Assembly: GCF_006345805.1 (NCBI RefSeq) | Contig: NC_043000.1 | Span: 18,228,001 to 18,292,000, forward strand | DNA: 64,000 bases | Direction of reading: 5' to 3' | Source: Octopus sinensis | Lineage: Eukaryota | Part shown: piece after piece, positions 25,968 through 39,934 of the stretch | Layout of the letters: the number at the start of each line of letters is the position of its first letter | Position numbering within the stretch: position 1 is the stretch's first letter | The notes under the pieces: generated by a model | Seen by the model: only the letters and a program-made list of their open reading frames with translations | The model's database searches: none | Told to the model about the DNA's origin: nothing | Translations under genes and position numbers: made by a program

Positions 25968-26368
25968 ACTCTTTACTCTTTTACTTGTTTCAGTCATTTG
26001 ACTGCGGTCATGCTGGAGCACCGCCTTTAGTCGAGCAAATCAACCCCGGGACTTATTCTTTGTAAGCCCAGTACTTATTCTATCGGTCTCTTTTGCCGAA
26101 CCGCTAAGTGACGGGGACGTAAACACACCAGCATCGGTTGTCAAGCAATGCTGGGGGGACAAACACAGACACACTAACATATATACACACATATATATAT
26201 ATACATATATACAACAGGCTTCTTTCAGTTTCCGTCTACCAAATCCACTCACAAGGCATTGGTCGGCTATAGCAGAAGACACTTGCCCAAGATGCCACGC
26301 AGTGGGACTGAACCCGGAACCATGTGGTTGGTTAGCAAGCTACTTACCACACAGCCACTCCTGCGCCT
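25968..26368 (-). mobile_element. SINE family A
   Basis: Full-length match. Confidence 0.92.
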
Positions 26369-26722
26369 ATAGTAAAGTTAGTAAATTTATTTAATGAAGT
26401 TAAATTGAAATGATCCAACAACCAAGCTGTACACCTTAGAGCCAACAAAGGAACCACTGTATGGTCACTCAAACTGCCAGAAATAGCAACCAAATCAGCT
26501 CGAATTCTTACCCTGTGATTTAAAAAAAAATAAGGATACATAAGATAAAGTATTCTTGGATATATAATGTGATGAAGCTAGAAATGTCTTTAACCATAGG
26601 TCTGCTAGATCAGAGCTGATACAAAGCTAATTAACAAGTGAATTACTTATAAATAGTGAGTACACCTATATTAATTAGCTATATACAAGCTAAAGATCAG
26701 CCTTAAAGGTGATCTGGGGTTT

Positions 26723-26770
<48 letters not shown>

Positions 26771-27029
26771 TAAATTTATATATATACATATATAAATCTA
26801 TTATATGCACTCAAAATTAAATACTAGATATCTATTTTGCATGCATGCATCCATCCATCCATAGAGCCCGCTGAAAAAATGTATACATTCTTCAGGAGAG
26901 GAAATATCTATAGAAATATTTTAATTCAGTGTTATCACAATTTGATAAAACATTGAAAGAGGCATTTATATGTATAAAGGTAATTATACATGTTAAATAT
27001 TTATACAGATTTTTCTATCGCTGTATATA

Positions 27030-28105
27030 CTCCCCAATGTATACTAGATATCTCTTCATAACAATTGTATATACTTTGTATTATATACAAGATACCTATT
27101 ACATTATACATTGGATATCTATTGCATATTTATTTAATACACACCTCTTAACTATATTCAACATTATATACTAGATATGCATTAGATATACTCCACATTA
27201 TATAAACTAGCTATCTATTGCATATACTTTGTATTATGTACCTATTTCTTTATTACCCACAAGGAGCTAAACATAGAGGGGACAAACAAGGACAGACATA
27301 GGTATTAAGTCGATTACATCGACCCCAGTGCGTGACTGGTACTTAATTTATCGACCCGGAAAGGATGAAAGGCAAAGTCAACCTCGGCACAAAGTCAACC
27401 TATGTACCAGATGCCTATCATATATATATCAGATATATAATATATCAGATATCTATTATATATACTCTTAAGAGGGTGAGCTGGAAGAATCATTTGCACA
27501 CTGGGCAAAATGATTAGCAGTATTTCACTAGTTGCTACATTCTGAGTTCAAATTCTGCCGAGGTTGACTTTGTCTTTCATCCTTTTGGAGCCAATAAATT
27601 ATGTACCAGTGAAACACTGGGGTCAATGTAATCAACTAGTCCTCTCCTCCAAATGTCAGGCCTTGTGCCTATAGTAGAAAGAATTATATATACTCTCCAT
27701 TATGTATTAGATATATATTATATATGTTCTGTTACATCTTAAATATATATTACATATGCTCTGTATTGTATACTAGATAACTAGGAGATATACTCTATAC
27801 TATATACTAGATGTCAATATTATATAGATGCTCTAATATTATATATATTAGATACCAAATTCAAATTCTACCAAGATCAACTTTGCCCTTTCATCTTTTG
27901 GGGTCAATGAAATAAATACTACCTGAGGACTGGGGTCAATATAACCACTGGTCCCTAAAATCTCAGCCTTATGCCTGTAATAGAAATGATTATATATTAA
28001 ATATCTATTATACATGCTCTATATTATACACTAGATATATTAATTATACGCCACGTTATAAACTAGATATCTATTTTATATAAATATCATATATTAGATA
28101 TACTT
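27030..28105. repeat. Diverged ~34-bp tandem array (tatactagatatctatt.catatactct.tatta) interrupted by three SINE C pieces
   Basis: Repeated actagatatctatt motif; SINE C at 27240-27390 (-), 27475-27685 (+) and 27855-27990 (+). Confidence 0.75.
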
Positions 28106-28917
28106 TAAAGAGAGGCTTGTGAAAGGGAATGTGGCACAAGGAAGCCCAATGAGGTAGTTTTCAGTAATAGTACATACTAATAAAGATTGCTTTATTGTCA
28201 AATAAGATATACATTATCATAATGACGCAACACAAGGAACTGAGTGAGAATTAACAGACATTATTGCTGGGGAATGTAACTGAATCAAAATTCAAAGACT
28301 TAGACATTGTTAATGTGAAGTAAACCACCGATTCGACTAATAGGAGTCTATAGCTAAACACTTAACAGCTTGTTAGAATGTCGGGGATTTATCAACAGAC
28401 ATCAACCTACATTCAATTAGAGATTTAATTTCTGAACACATCAGCAAAAATATAGCCCTGAGACTGATAAATTATTTTTAAGTGTTTATGTCACGACCTC
28501 ACATTCATGAGAAATTAAAGATAAGCATAACAATAATAATAATAAAAAATAAAAAGAAAGCCTTGAAGTATTTATCAACCCATGAAAAATAATACTAATA
28601 GTAAGATAATAAGGGTAATAATGATTTCCTGATAAAATGTTTTATGATGGAAAGTGCAAACTTTGTTTCTAGCAAGTAAATTCATTTTCCCATCATTTTT
28701 GTTAAATTTTTACTTGCCCACTATTTTCCCACTATAGCCCCGAGTCGACCGAAGCTTTGTGATTGAATTCGGTAGGCGGAAGTTACTGCCGTGTGTGTAT
28801 ATGTGCGTGTAGGTACTCAGTGCCTCTCCGAAAGAGAGAGATAGAGGGAGGGTGTTTAGTAAATGAAGAAATACATCAAGCTGGAGAGCCAAGCACTGTC
28901 AAGATCATCTTAGCTCT

Positions 28918-29280
28918 CATCATCATCATCATCATCATTTAGCGTCCGTTTTCCATGCTGGCATGGGTTGGACAGTTTAACTGGGGTCTGTGAAGCCGGA
29001 AGGCTTCATCAGGCCCAGTCTGATCTGGCAGTGTTTCTACGGTTGGATGCCCTTCCTAACGCCAACCACTCCGTGAGTGTAGTGGGTGCTTTTTACGTGC
29101 CACCCGCACAGGTGCCAGACGGAGCTGGCAAATGGCGACGAACGGATGGTACTTTTACGTGCCACCGGCACAGGGGCCAGGCGGGGCTGGCAACGGACAC
29201 GAACGGATGGTGCTTTTACGTGCCACCGGCACGGAGGCCAGTCGGGGCGGCGCTGGCAACGGCCATGATCGGATGGTTCG
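28918..29280 (-). mobile_element. SINE family D with about four 5' modules
   Basis: Reverse complement of the 11134-11592 structure. Confidence 0.87.
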
Positions 29281-29357
29281 CTTAACCACAGCTTTAATAA
29301 TTGGTACTGCAGCAATGTTGCTGTCCTGCATGCATGTGTTATATGTATGTGTGTAAG

Positions 29358-29487
29358 TATCTATCTACCTATCTATCCGTTCAGTCGCAGTCGACCCTCG
29401 GTTACTCGATGGATCAGTGTTCTCCAGCCAGTTCTATCCTGAGTCGCTTCTTTCAGATTGGCTATGGCCATTCCCATGACACGGGAA
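29358..29487 (-). mobile_element. RTE-clade LINE 3' end with (GATA)n tail
   Basis: Minus: VMGMAIANLKEATQDRTGWRTLIHRVTEGRLRLNG*, typical RTE DR..WR C-terminus. Confidence 0.8.
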
Positions 29488-29489
29488 TG

Positions 29490-29870
29490 TTATATGTAGG
29501 GTCAATGCTAGATTGTGGAGTTATACTGAACAGCTACTTTTGTGAGTAAAATGGATTTGGCTATCAGCTAAGTCAATTATAGTGCTTTCTCTCTTTCCAG
29601 ACTTTGGCCAAGAAGGGCAGGCACCTTTCCTCTTTCTGGTGGCCATGCTGAAAGAGACTGTATGATGGATAAAATTAAAAGGACTGAAGCTAGATAACTT
29701 CCTCTTCAGCCAAACCCTCACCGATTTCTTCAAGTTTCATTTGAAGAGGAAGGGGAAGACATAGTGGGAGGTTCTGTACTTTTGAAAATTTGCTGAAAAA
29801 GGTGGGTGAGAGAAGGTAAAATGACCCGTGTGAATGGGCCTACTCTTATCACTTGTAGGCCTGAAAACAC
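29490..29870 (+). mobile_element. L1/Tx1-like ORF2 C-terminal relic
   Basis: LWSYTEQLL...FLFLVAMLKETV*WIKLKGLK...TLTDFFKFHLKRK...RWVR with stops. Confidence 0.55.
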
Positions 29871-30889
29871 AGCAAGGAGAAAGCATTTGCCCTTGATTTC
29901 TGGGTAAAACTGGATCTGTAAAGTTCTGTAATTGGTCCCAAGTAGCTCTTCTCCAACTGAGATGTCTCAATTTGGACATTTTGTATACTTCTGTTTTCTA
30001 TGTCCTTTTTTCATTATCACTTCTGCATAAACTCAATTATTTTTATGATGTTCCTTTAAAGTCCCCTTTAGTGGTTATTCTTCGAACAAAAGAAGTCATC
30101 ATCATCATCATTATTATTATTCTTGTCAATAATTGCCATGGAGTTTAGAAGAGGTGGATTACTGAATTGCCTTACAGTATTTCCGCTTTACATTCTGAGT
30201 TCAAATCCCATTACAACGGATTGTATTTTAACCCATTTGAATGAGGTAGAAAAACTATCTTATTTAATCGAACTGTTTTGTAGGGATTTCTGAAGACAGA
30301 CAGAAGTGTTGAACTCCTCTGGTCTTGGATTGTGACTTGTGAAGATACATAGAACTCTCTAACTACACTGGTATATGAGGGACTTCTGAAAGTAGACAGA
30401 ATTGTCTTATTCCACTGGTCCAGGTGAAAAGTGTGGAGATAGAATTATGGAAGAAGACAGTTCTTCTATGAGGAAATTGTGGATGTGAACAAAAGAACGG
30501 TCTCAATCCATTGGTTAAATATGAATTTCCAAGAGTAGACAGAAACCCTGAACTCAACACAGCTGAATATATCATGTTAGTTACTAGTGATAAACCAGGA
30601 ATTCAACAACATACAAATTAGCATAACCCATCAAACCCAGAAAGAAATTTCTTTTTGAACAAAAAAAAAAAAAAAATTTGGAAAGTAAAAAAAAAAAGGA
30701 AAAAAGATGGTAATAATAATAATAATAATAATAATCTCAAGCAAATTCAGGACGATCAATTTTCATGTGAGAAATATTTTAATCTCTACTAATGTTATTT
30801 GCAGAGCTATGCAAACAAACCCCATCTCAAACTTATCAAAAGGAAAAAGGTTTATGTTCCGTATTTTATTACATTTTGTTTTTTTTGTT

Positions 30890-32150
30890 GTTTTCTTAAA
30901 ACTTTGTAACCAGTTCTATTTTATTTCAACAAATTTTATTTCAAAATAAAATACTGTAATAAATGTTGTTATTGGTGGCATTGGCATCATATTATCATAT
31001 TATGTTTTCCATCTGCTGCTTTCAAGTTGACAAGGGGTGGATTAGACTTTTTGAGACAGTTTTTTTACAGCTGGATGCTCTTCCTGTCACCAACCCTTAA
31101 ATGTGTTTTAAGTATGGCGTTTTTATTCCACTGATCCTCACACACTGAAATTCATTATTATGGGAGACACATACATAACATTGCTGCAGCCCAAACAGTA
31201 CCCACGTGAAGGCAAGTAAAAAAAAAAGGCCCCCAAAATTCATGCACACATACGTTGGGTTTCAATGTTCCCTTCTACCAATTTTGTTCATAAGGCTTTG
31301 ATTGACCTGAGATTATAACAGAAAATGCTTGCCCAAGGTATCACACAGTTGGATAGAATCTGAAACTCTGTGATTATGCAGTGAATTGCATTACCACATA
31401 GCCATCTATACACCGATATCTTGCAACTGACTATTTTGTAATAAAATCTTGTAACCTAATGTTATAGTGTAACAAAATCTTTCAAAACAATCCTTTCTGG
31501 ATACACATACATACAACCAATGCTTTATAAACACACACACACATGAAAGGACACACATAGATACGCATGGCAAATGCTAATCCAAACCTTGTCAACTTGA
31601 AAGCAGCATATGGCAAAACAGCAGTAATATTAATGAAGACAATATGATGCCAATGCCATGAACAACAATATTTATTGCAGTATTTTGTTTTGAAATAAAA
31701 TTTGTTGCAAAACTTTGTTGCAAAATAGAACTCTTTACTCTCTCTTTTACTTGTTTCAGTCATTTGACTGCGGCCATGCTGGAGCACCACCTTTAGTCGA
31801 GCAAATCGACCCCGGGACTTATTCTTTGTAAGCCCAGTACTTATTCTATCGGTCTCTTTTGCCAAACCGCTAAGTTACAGGGACGTAAACACACCAGCAT
31901 CGGTTGTCAAGCAATGCTAGAGGGACAAACACAGACACACAAACACATACACACATATACATATATATACATATATACGACAGGCTTCTTTCAGTTTCCG
32001 TCTACCAAATCCACTCACAAGGCATTGGTCGGCCCAAGGCTATAGCAGAAGACACTTGCCCAAGATGCCATGCAGTGGGACTGAACCCGGAACCATGTGG
32101 TTGGTTAGCAAGCTACTTACCACACAGCCACGGTTACAAAGTTTTAAGAA
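30890..32150. repeat. Old inverted duplication: arm 30890-31045 versus arm 31577-31731 plus 32131-32150
   Basis: For example ctgctttcaagttgacaagg / ccttgtcaacttgaaagcag and tggcattggcatcatatt / aatatgatgccaatgcca. Confidence 0.85.
31730..32130 (-). mobile_element. SINE family A inserted in the right arm of the inverted duplication
   Basis: Full-length match. Confidence 0.92.
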
Positions 32151-32814
32151 AATCCAGTTTTTTCTTTTGCTTTTGTATTGTTGTAATGCAAAAGTAGTAT
32201 ATTTACATTTGAAAGTCGTGATGTGGTAGAATGAAACTCATGTTTAATACTCCAAGTTTACAGCCGAATAGCATTGGCACCAAAAAGGCCAGTGTCAAGC
32301 TCATTAGCCTATATACCTTATAGCTATGTAAAAAATGCTGATTAGCATATAATTATACTTCAATGTACTGAATTTTCACTTTTTATTCTGTATTTGGAGT
32401 ACAGATAATTTTTTTTCTGTTTTTTTTTTTTGTTGTTGTAAATCTTGTAGCAAATCCTATAATCATTTTTGGGTGACTTTAAACATAAAAAGATCACACC
32501 CCCCTCTCTCTACCACAGAAACGTATCCTACAAAATATGTAGGGTGATCTTGGTGATCTTTAGCCATCTCATAAACACCACCTCCAACACCACCACCAGG
32601 CCACACACCCTCTTCCCCTCTGCATCACTATTAAAAGGTTATTTGCATGTGTAAGTATCACAGACCTGTTTAGAGTCTTCTCTCACAGCTAGTTTAAGTG
32701 GGTCATGGTGGAGTGTTGATATTTCCATTTGACAGCTGTCAAAAGGGGAGGCTGAAACCTGTGCGGCATGCATATGCGTGCGTAAGCATTTGCCATGCAT
32801 ATCTATGTGTGTCC

Positions 32815-33125
32815 CATCATCATCATCATTTAGCGTCCGCTTTCCATGCTGGCATGGGTTGGACGGTTCAACTGGGGTCTGTGAAGCCAGAAGGCTGCAT
32901 CAGGCCCAGTCTGATCTGGCAGTGTTTCTACAGCTGGATGCCCTTCCTAACGCCAACCACTCGTGAGTGTAGTGGGTGCTTTTTACGTGCCACCTGCACA
33001 GGTGCCAGACAGAGCTGGCAAACGGCCATGGACGGATGGTGCTTTTTACGTGCCACCGGCACAGGGGCCAGGTGAGGCTGGCAACAGCCACGAACGGATG
33101 GTGCTTTTTACGTGCCACTGGCACA
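32815..33125 (-). mobile_element. SINE family D with about three 5' modules
   Basis: Match to family D. Confidence 0.87.
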
Positions 33126-33208
33126 GATGTGTGTGTTATATAGCATTGTTTGTATGTATGTGTATTGTAGTGTTGATGAAAGTGTTAAGAGGTACGTGTG
33201 TGTATATA

Positions 33209-33990
33209 CAGGGTGGACCAAAATGATCTGACACATTTGGAGGCTTAATGAAAGCACAAAATAAGAAATAATGAAAAGAAAAATTTTATTTTCTGAATGT
33301 ACATATAATGCCATTTTATTTCATTAAGTTTTAAAAATTAAATCAGCTAAATGCTTCCTTCCCATCATTGTCAACACCCTGTTGGAGACATTCATGAAGG
33401 TTATCGATAACTCTATGGATCATTTCTTCTGGAATGGTGAAATGTGATTTCTTCTTGTGGAGATATTTAAAATCAAAAGTATTCAGTCATCGTCCTCGAT
33501 CTATTGATGAATAAAATGTGCAATTTGTGTAGAAATAGTAACCATTCCAGAAGAAATGATCCATAGAGTTATCGATAACTTTCATGAACGTCTCCAACAG
33601 TGTGTTGACAATGATGGGAAGCATTTAGCTGGTTTAACCCTTTAGCATTTGAACCGGCCATATCCGGCTAAAAGTATTCTGCCTGTTTTAAGTTCAAAAT
33701 GGCCAGATCTGGTCTCTCACACCTACCCTACAATATCGTTTTAAAAATTAACAGCTACCTCATCAAAATCTCAAAGCTACAAGATAATGCCTGATTAGTT
33801 CAAAACAATGTGGATAAAAAAGCATTAATTTTGGCAGAATAATGTGAACACTAAAGGGTTAATTTTTAAAACTTAATGAAATAAAATGGCATTATATGTA
33901 CATTCAGAAATAAAATTTTTCTTTTCATTATTTCTTATTTTATGCTTTTATTAAGCCTCCAAATGTGTCAGATCATTTTGGTCCACCCTG
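33209..33990 (+). mobile_element. Tc1/mariner-superfamily foldback element with TA TSD and ~230-bp inverted arms containing a transposase C-terminus
   Basis: TA-cagggtggacc ... ggtccaccctg-TA; CDFFLWRYLKSKVF...TIPEEMIHRVIDNFHERLQQCVDNDGKHL. Confidence 0.92.
33638..33858 (+). mobile_element. piggyBac-type MITE, 221 bp, nested in the foldback's right arm
   Basis: TTAA at 33634-33637 and 33859-33862; absent from the left arm. Confidence 0.92.
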
Positions 33991-35250
33991 TATAAACATC
34001 AAGGCCTGTAAACTTCTGAATATACAAAAGTATATACAGTGCATATTTTATATATGTGTGTCGATATGAATATGTACATGCTTGAGCAAATTTCTGTGTG
34101 CATGTATATACTGCAAAGGTTGCAAATATGTAATCTTGTTTAACTATTTATATAAGTATATGCACTTCAGTCCATCTAGCAGTAAGTAAAGACCAATCCC
34201 AATAGATTGCTATAAGCATCAGAAATACTGTATAGTTAATATAAAAAGAGTGTTGTTAGTTTGTATGTGCTGGGTTTATGTTTGTCCATGGACCCGGAGT
34301 TGTTGTTTTGGGACTCAGCCCAGGTCACAACTACTAGTTCCAATTATGTGGTATGTGTGATGGCTGAGATGATACAGATTACCCCATTGTTGACACATCA
34401 AGCACAGACGTTCACTGCTAGATATTTGAGCTGATTGGAGAACCTACATGTGGTCACTCATCTTGTTAAAAATAGCAACTAAATCTCCTTAAAAAAAAAA
34501 CCCATCCAATTTCACAAAGAAAAAAAAGAGAATAGCACAAAATATAATCTGAGATACTCCTTAAAGACAGGATGGCCATGGCTGAACTGTATTGGCTTGT
34601 AGGTCTACTTGATCAAAGAACCAGAGGCCAATAACAACTAGGTGGATGTCTTATACTATCACAAAGAAATTTCACAGCCAAAAAAAAAAAAAAAAAATGG
34701 AAGTAATGCAGTGTTACTGACTCAATTCCACTATTCCACTACCCAACAGCTGGAAATAATAAAGATAATACTGATTTCAATATAATATTAACAATAATAT
34801 CATCATCATCATTATTATTATTATTGTTCAAAATTTGGTAGTTTCTTCTTTTTATTATTATTATTATTATCATTATTATTATTTCTTTTCTAGTTACAAG
34901 GGCCTAAATGTATAATATGAAATGTGTCATACACAAGAGTTACAGAATAACTGAATGCCTCCATAGGGATTTCAAGTCTGCCACCATCTTTTACCACCAT
35001 CTTCACATAACTAAGACAACCATATTTTATTACATTTCCTTTCTCCTTGAGTCCTCTTGTTTCCACTGTCTGCCCAGATCAAAGAAAGAATTCTGAAGAC
35101 ATAAGGCAAAAATATTCAGAGAAGAATTTATCCAAGCATGTGAGGTGGGTGACAAAAAGTAGAACTGGGGTATGGGGGAGAAGTACAAGGAGAAGGGAGT
35201 GGCTTTATTTAGTAATAAGAATGAATATCTGATGTTAAATCAAATTACAT

Positions 35251-35284
<34 letters not shown>

Positions 35285-35948
35285 CTCTTAACTCTTCATA
35301 ATGCTTAATGATTAGCTCTGCCACTAGCTGAAGGACTTCCAATTACAGACACATGGACTGGCCATTATAAACAGGTGACTGAAATCCCTCTGCTCACCCA
35401 TGCATGGTACAGACTTAGCAACTTTCCTCTTAACCCTACCCACCTAACCCCTTGTCACCACACATTATTTGACTTTGGTTTCTTCTCTCTTCTTCATTTC
35501 CTGTTGACATGCTCTTCATCAGATGTATTTAGAAGCACCCCTGCTAAGTCTCATCACTTAAGATTGGGTACTAAAACACTTCTTTCTCTTGAGAACAACA
35601 GTCTTTTGAATTCCATGTTTACTTTTGTTGCAAACATCAACCTTCAAATGTTCAAGCTAAAAATTAACAACATTAATCTCATCATCTCACCAGTCTTGAA
35701 GAGAATTTACAAATGTCATGGGCATTGTCCCACCCTCATTTGAATAATCTATATTAAAAAAGAAAATGGAGAAAACAGAGTGGAATATGGAGTTTGCTTG
35801 ATAAGCACATGGCTTCAGGTTCCATCATACTACATGGGATCCTGAGGAAGTGTTTTCTATAGCCTTAGGTCGACCAATGTTTTGAGAGTTATTTGGTGGA
35901 TGGAAACTGTATAAAAAAAACCAGTGTGCGTGTGTATATATATATATA

Positions 35949-36360
35949 TGGTTCCAGGTTCAGTCTCACTGCGTGGCACCTTGGGCAAGTGTCTTCTACT
36001 ATAGCCTCGGGCTGACCAAAGCCTTTTGAGTGGATTTGGTAGGCGGAAACTGAAAGAAGCTCATCGTATATATGTATGTATGTATCTATATATATATATA
36101 TATATATCATCATCATCATCGTTTAACGTCCGTTTTCCGTGCTAGCACGGGTTGCACGGTTCAACCGGGGTCTGGGAAGCCAGGGGCTGCTCCAGGCTCC
36201 AGTCTGATCTGGCAGAGTTTCTACGGCTGGATGCCCTTCCTAACGCCAACCACTCCGCGAGTGTAGTGGGTGCTTTTTACATATATATATATATATAAAT
36301 ATATGTATGTATGTATGTATGTACGCTCGAATGGTGCTTTTTACATGCCACCGGCATGGA
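35949..36360. mobile_element. SINE A fragment (+) abutting SINE D (-)
   Basis: A 35949-36070; D 36108-36280. Confidence 0.8.
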
Positions 36361-37009
36361 AGCCATGTTTCGAAATTATGGAGATGTGATTGTATATTTT
36401 ATAATAGCATTGAGGGGTAGATGCAATAGACTGGATCTGCCTGGTCAGAACATAAAACAAGTAACATATTTGGGCTGGATATGGTCAGCTTAAATGCTAA
36501 AGGATTAAAATAAAAATAGTTTTATCATCAAAATTTTAAGTGGAAGTATATTTTGGAACATTTCTGGATATAAGAAAATCATCATGATACATGTTGATCT
36601 TAAAAGGATACAAATCAAACCATGACAGGATGAAACTAAATATTGCCTAGAATTTTGTATGTCACTCTATCAATCAGTCTTGTCACCCAATACCAACTAA
36701 GCAAAATAAAGGTTTGTGTAATATATAGAGAAAAATATCTTGGCACTTGGTGTTGAGTTCTTTGTTGAAGAAACAGCAACAAATGTTCTGTCAAAGACGT
36801 TAGAATTCTCATATCTTGACAACACAGAAACTTCTAAAATTATGTAAACTTTATCAAACTAATCTTTGCCAATATGAATGCATCACTAACATCCTTCAAC
36901 AGTATTATTTTAATCTGATAAACATAAAACAAGATGAAAACAAATTTAGAAAAATCAAAAATTATGACAGCATGGGTGTATATTTATATGACTTGATAGT
37001 AGTGTGAAT

Positions 37010-37580
37010 GTATAGCAGTGCGGGATTATTGTAGTGTAGTTCTAAGCTTATAGCAATGTAGTTCTGACTTTATACAAATGTAGTTCTAACTTTATAGTGG
37101 TACAGTAATGAGTTTATAGAAGTGCAGTTCTGACTTTATATTAGTACTAGTAGTATCGCCCGGTGTTGCTCGAGTTTGTTTTGACCCTTTAGAATTGGAA
37201 TTTTTGAAAAGTAAAAATTTTGCATTATGTAGCTTGTTATTCTCTTTGAGTGAACATTTTTCTGGTTGAAATATAACCGTAAAATGGCAACACAGCAGTC
37301 AAAAAATCGTAAAAAAATAGGGATTTTCATAGAAAAAAAAAGCACCTTTTTGATGTAAATAATTTTCGGTGTTAACATGGTCTGATTTGAATTTTATCTT
37401 CTACAGAATGAAGAGCAAGCCTTCTTCTATCATACTCTCAATTTTGGCCAACTTGCACCACAGGGTCTCGGAGGAGATAGTGTTAGTTGAAGGCTACCAA
37501 ACCTGCCACACACAGACAACTTCAGCTTTATATACATAGATTGTAGTTCTATGTTTATAACAGTGTAGTTCTGAGAATGT
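37010..37580. repeat. ~21-bp tandem array (gtagttctgactttatagcaat) split by a Helitron
   Basis: Units at 37010-37140 and 37542-37575. Confidence 0.7.
37147..37540 (-). mobile_element. Non-autonomous Helitron
   Basis: Minus: A|TCtatgtatataaa ... ctcgagcaacaccggg hairpin ... CTAG|T, no TSD. Confidence 0.85.
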
Positions 37581-38287
37581 GGTAAAGAGAATGTATGATA
37601 GAGTAGTCTGCTTATAATATTATTCCAAGATTATGGTATGAGTAGTTTGATCTGACTTTGTGGTAGGGTAATTCTGCACCTAAGTTAGTGTGGGGCTCAG
37701 CTTCTGTATATTTCATCCTTTGATAATGTAACAACAACAACAACAACAGCAATTATTATTATTATTATTATTATTAGAAATATAAAATGAGTTGTCCATC
37801 TTGACATTAAGAATTTGTATTTATTTCACAAGTAGTGGGGAGACAGGCTGCCATGGATACTAGAGACAAGTTCATGAGGATAAAAGCTAAAGGTCAGATA
37901 CATATTGGGAAGAGCTGACAAAATCTGGGATAAATTATTCTCATCACATCAAGTGCCCAAACTTCCTGTTCCACTGCCCTAGCACCTACCTAACACCCCA
38001 TTCACACCACTCCTCTCTCATTGTCTTAAGTGTAATTGAGCTAAACAAGGAAACATGTTTCAGTGTACAAGGTGAAAACTGAACCTGTTGTTTTGACTTC
38101 TCTCACAAATATCATATTTGTGTCTTCAATCTGCATGATCATGTATGTGGAAAACACACACACACATATATATGTATGTATAGCCAGAATACTGGAACTT
38201 TACAGGATTAGACAGAACTCCATCCATCATCCTCTTCATCATTATTATCTCCACTGCCAACATTTTACTACTGTTCTTTACATTATT

Positions 38288-38687
38288 TACTCTTTTACTT
38301 GTTTCAGTCATTTGACTGTGGCCATGCTGGAGCACCGCATTTAGTCGAGTAAATCGACCCCGGGACTTATTCTTTGTAAGCCCAGTACTTATTCTATCGA
38401 TCTCTTTTGCCGAACCGCTAAGTGACGGGGACGTAAACACACCAGCATCGGGTGTCAAGCAATGCTAGGGGGACAAACACAGACACACAAACACACACAT
38501 ACATATATATATATATACATATATACGACAGGCTTCTTTCAGATTCCGTCTACCAAATCCACTCACAAGGCTTTGGTCAGCCCGGGGCTATAGCAGAAGA
38601 CACTTGCCCAAGATGCCATGCAGTGGGACTGAACCCGGAACCATGTGGTTGGTTAGCAAGCTACTTATCACACAGCCACTTCTGCGC
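38288..38687 (-). mobile_element. SINE family A
   Basis: Full-length match. Confidence 0.92.
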
Positions 38688-38692
38688 ATATT

Positions 38693-39093
38693 ATTTCTTT
38701 ATTGCCCACAAGGGGCTAAACATAGAGGGGACAAACAAGGACAGACAAGGGATTAAGTCGATTACATCAACCCCAGTGCGTAACTGGTACTTAATTTATT
38801 GACCGCGAAAGGATGAAAGGCAAAGTCGACCTCGGCGGAATTTGAACTCAGAATGTAACGGCAGACGAAATACCTATTTCTTTACTACCCACAAGGGGCT
38901 AAACACAGAGAGGACAAACAAGGACAGACAAACGGATTAAGTCGATTATATTGACCCCATTGCATAACTGGTACTTATTTAATTGACCCCGAAAGGATAA
39001 AAAGCAAAGTTGACCTCGGCGGAATTTGAACTCAGAACGAAATACTGCTAAGCATTTCACCCGACATGCTAACGTTTCTGCCAGCTTGCCACC
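38693..39093 (-). mobile_element. SINE family C tandem dimer
   Basis: Two head-to-tail cores joined at gacgaaatac|ctatttc. Confidence 0.9.
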
Positions 39094-39109
39094 TTATGTA
39101 TGCATATAT

Positions 39110-39253
39110 ATCATCATCATCTTCGTTTAGCATCCGCTTTCCATGCTAGCATGGGTTGGACGGTTCAGCTGGGGTCTGGGAAGCCACAAGGCTGCACCAG
39201 GCTCCAATCTTGATCTGGCAGAGTTTCTACAGCTGGATGCCCTTCCTAACGCC

Positions 39254-39255
<2 letters not shown>
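39110..39255 (-). mobile_element. SINE family D 3' part
   Basis: Meta-like core and tail. Confidence 0.85.
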
Positions 39256-39300
<45 letters not shown>

Positions 39301-39934
39301 GCCGTGGAAGAGCATACATATGATAGATCACATATGCAAATAAAGTGACTTCAATAAACTGAGAGAATATCTGCACAATTAGCAGTCTTCAAACTGAAAA
39401 ACAACAAATAAAAGAGACAATGCCAACAACATCAGCTGATCTGAATATTTGGAATTGTAAAGATAATACTGTAGGTATGGATATGGGTCCTTGTAGCAAA
39501 AAGCATATTGAACCAACTGCAAATGAATATGCTTTGCTAAGGAGACCTAACAATGAAAAACAAAACAGAAAAATAAAATATCTCCAGGGAAAAAGTTCAG
39601 ATTTTGAATGAATAACTTATAAAAACTAAAGATAAAGCCAATGTTTATTTAATCTCTCTCATCTAAATTTCTTTTTACATGCTGATGGCCTACTTTCATA
39701 TTACACACTTTATATTATATTACACACTTTATATTATATTATATTATATTATATTATATTATATTATATTATATTAAATTTTATTATATTATGATAACCA
39801 TTAATAACCATACATAATAATATTAAATGCATATATACTGTTGAAAGGCGTGATGTAGTTTTGTCAGAGAAAATCTCTTCATTGACATGTGTTAAAAAAC
39901 ACACACATGCACATACTTTCTCTCTCTCTCTCAA

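Noticed and set aside
30283-30580. Plus-strand exon after ttttgtAG
   Set aside because: Stops in all three frames and no convincing donor
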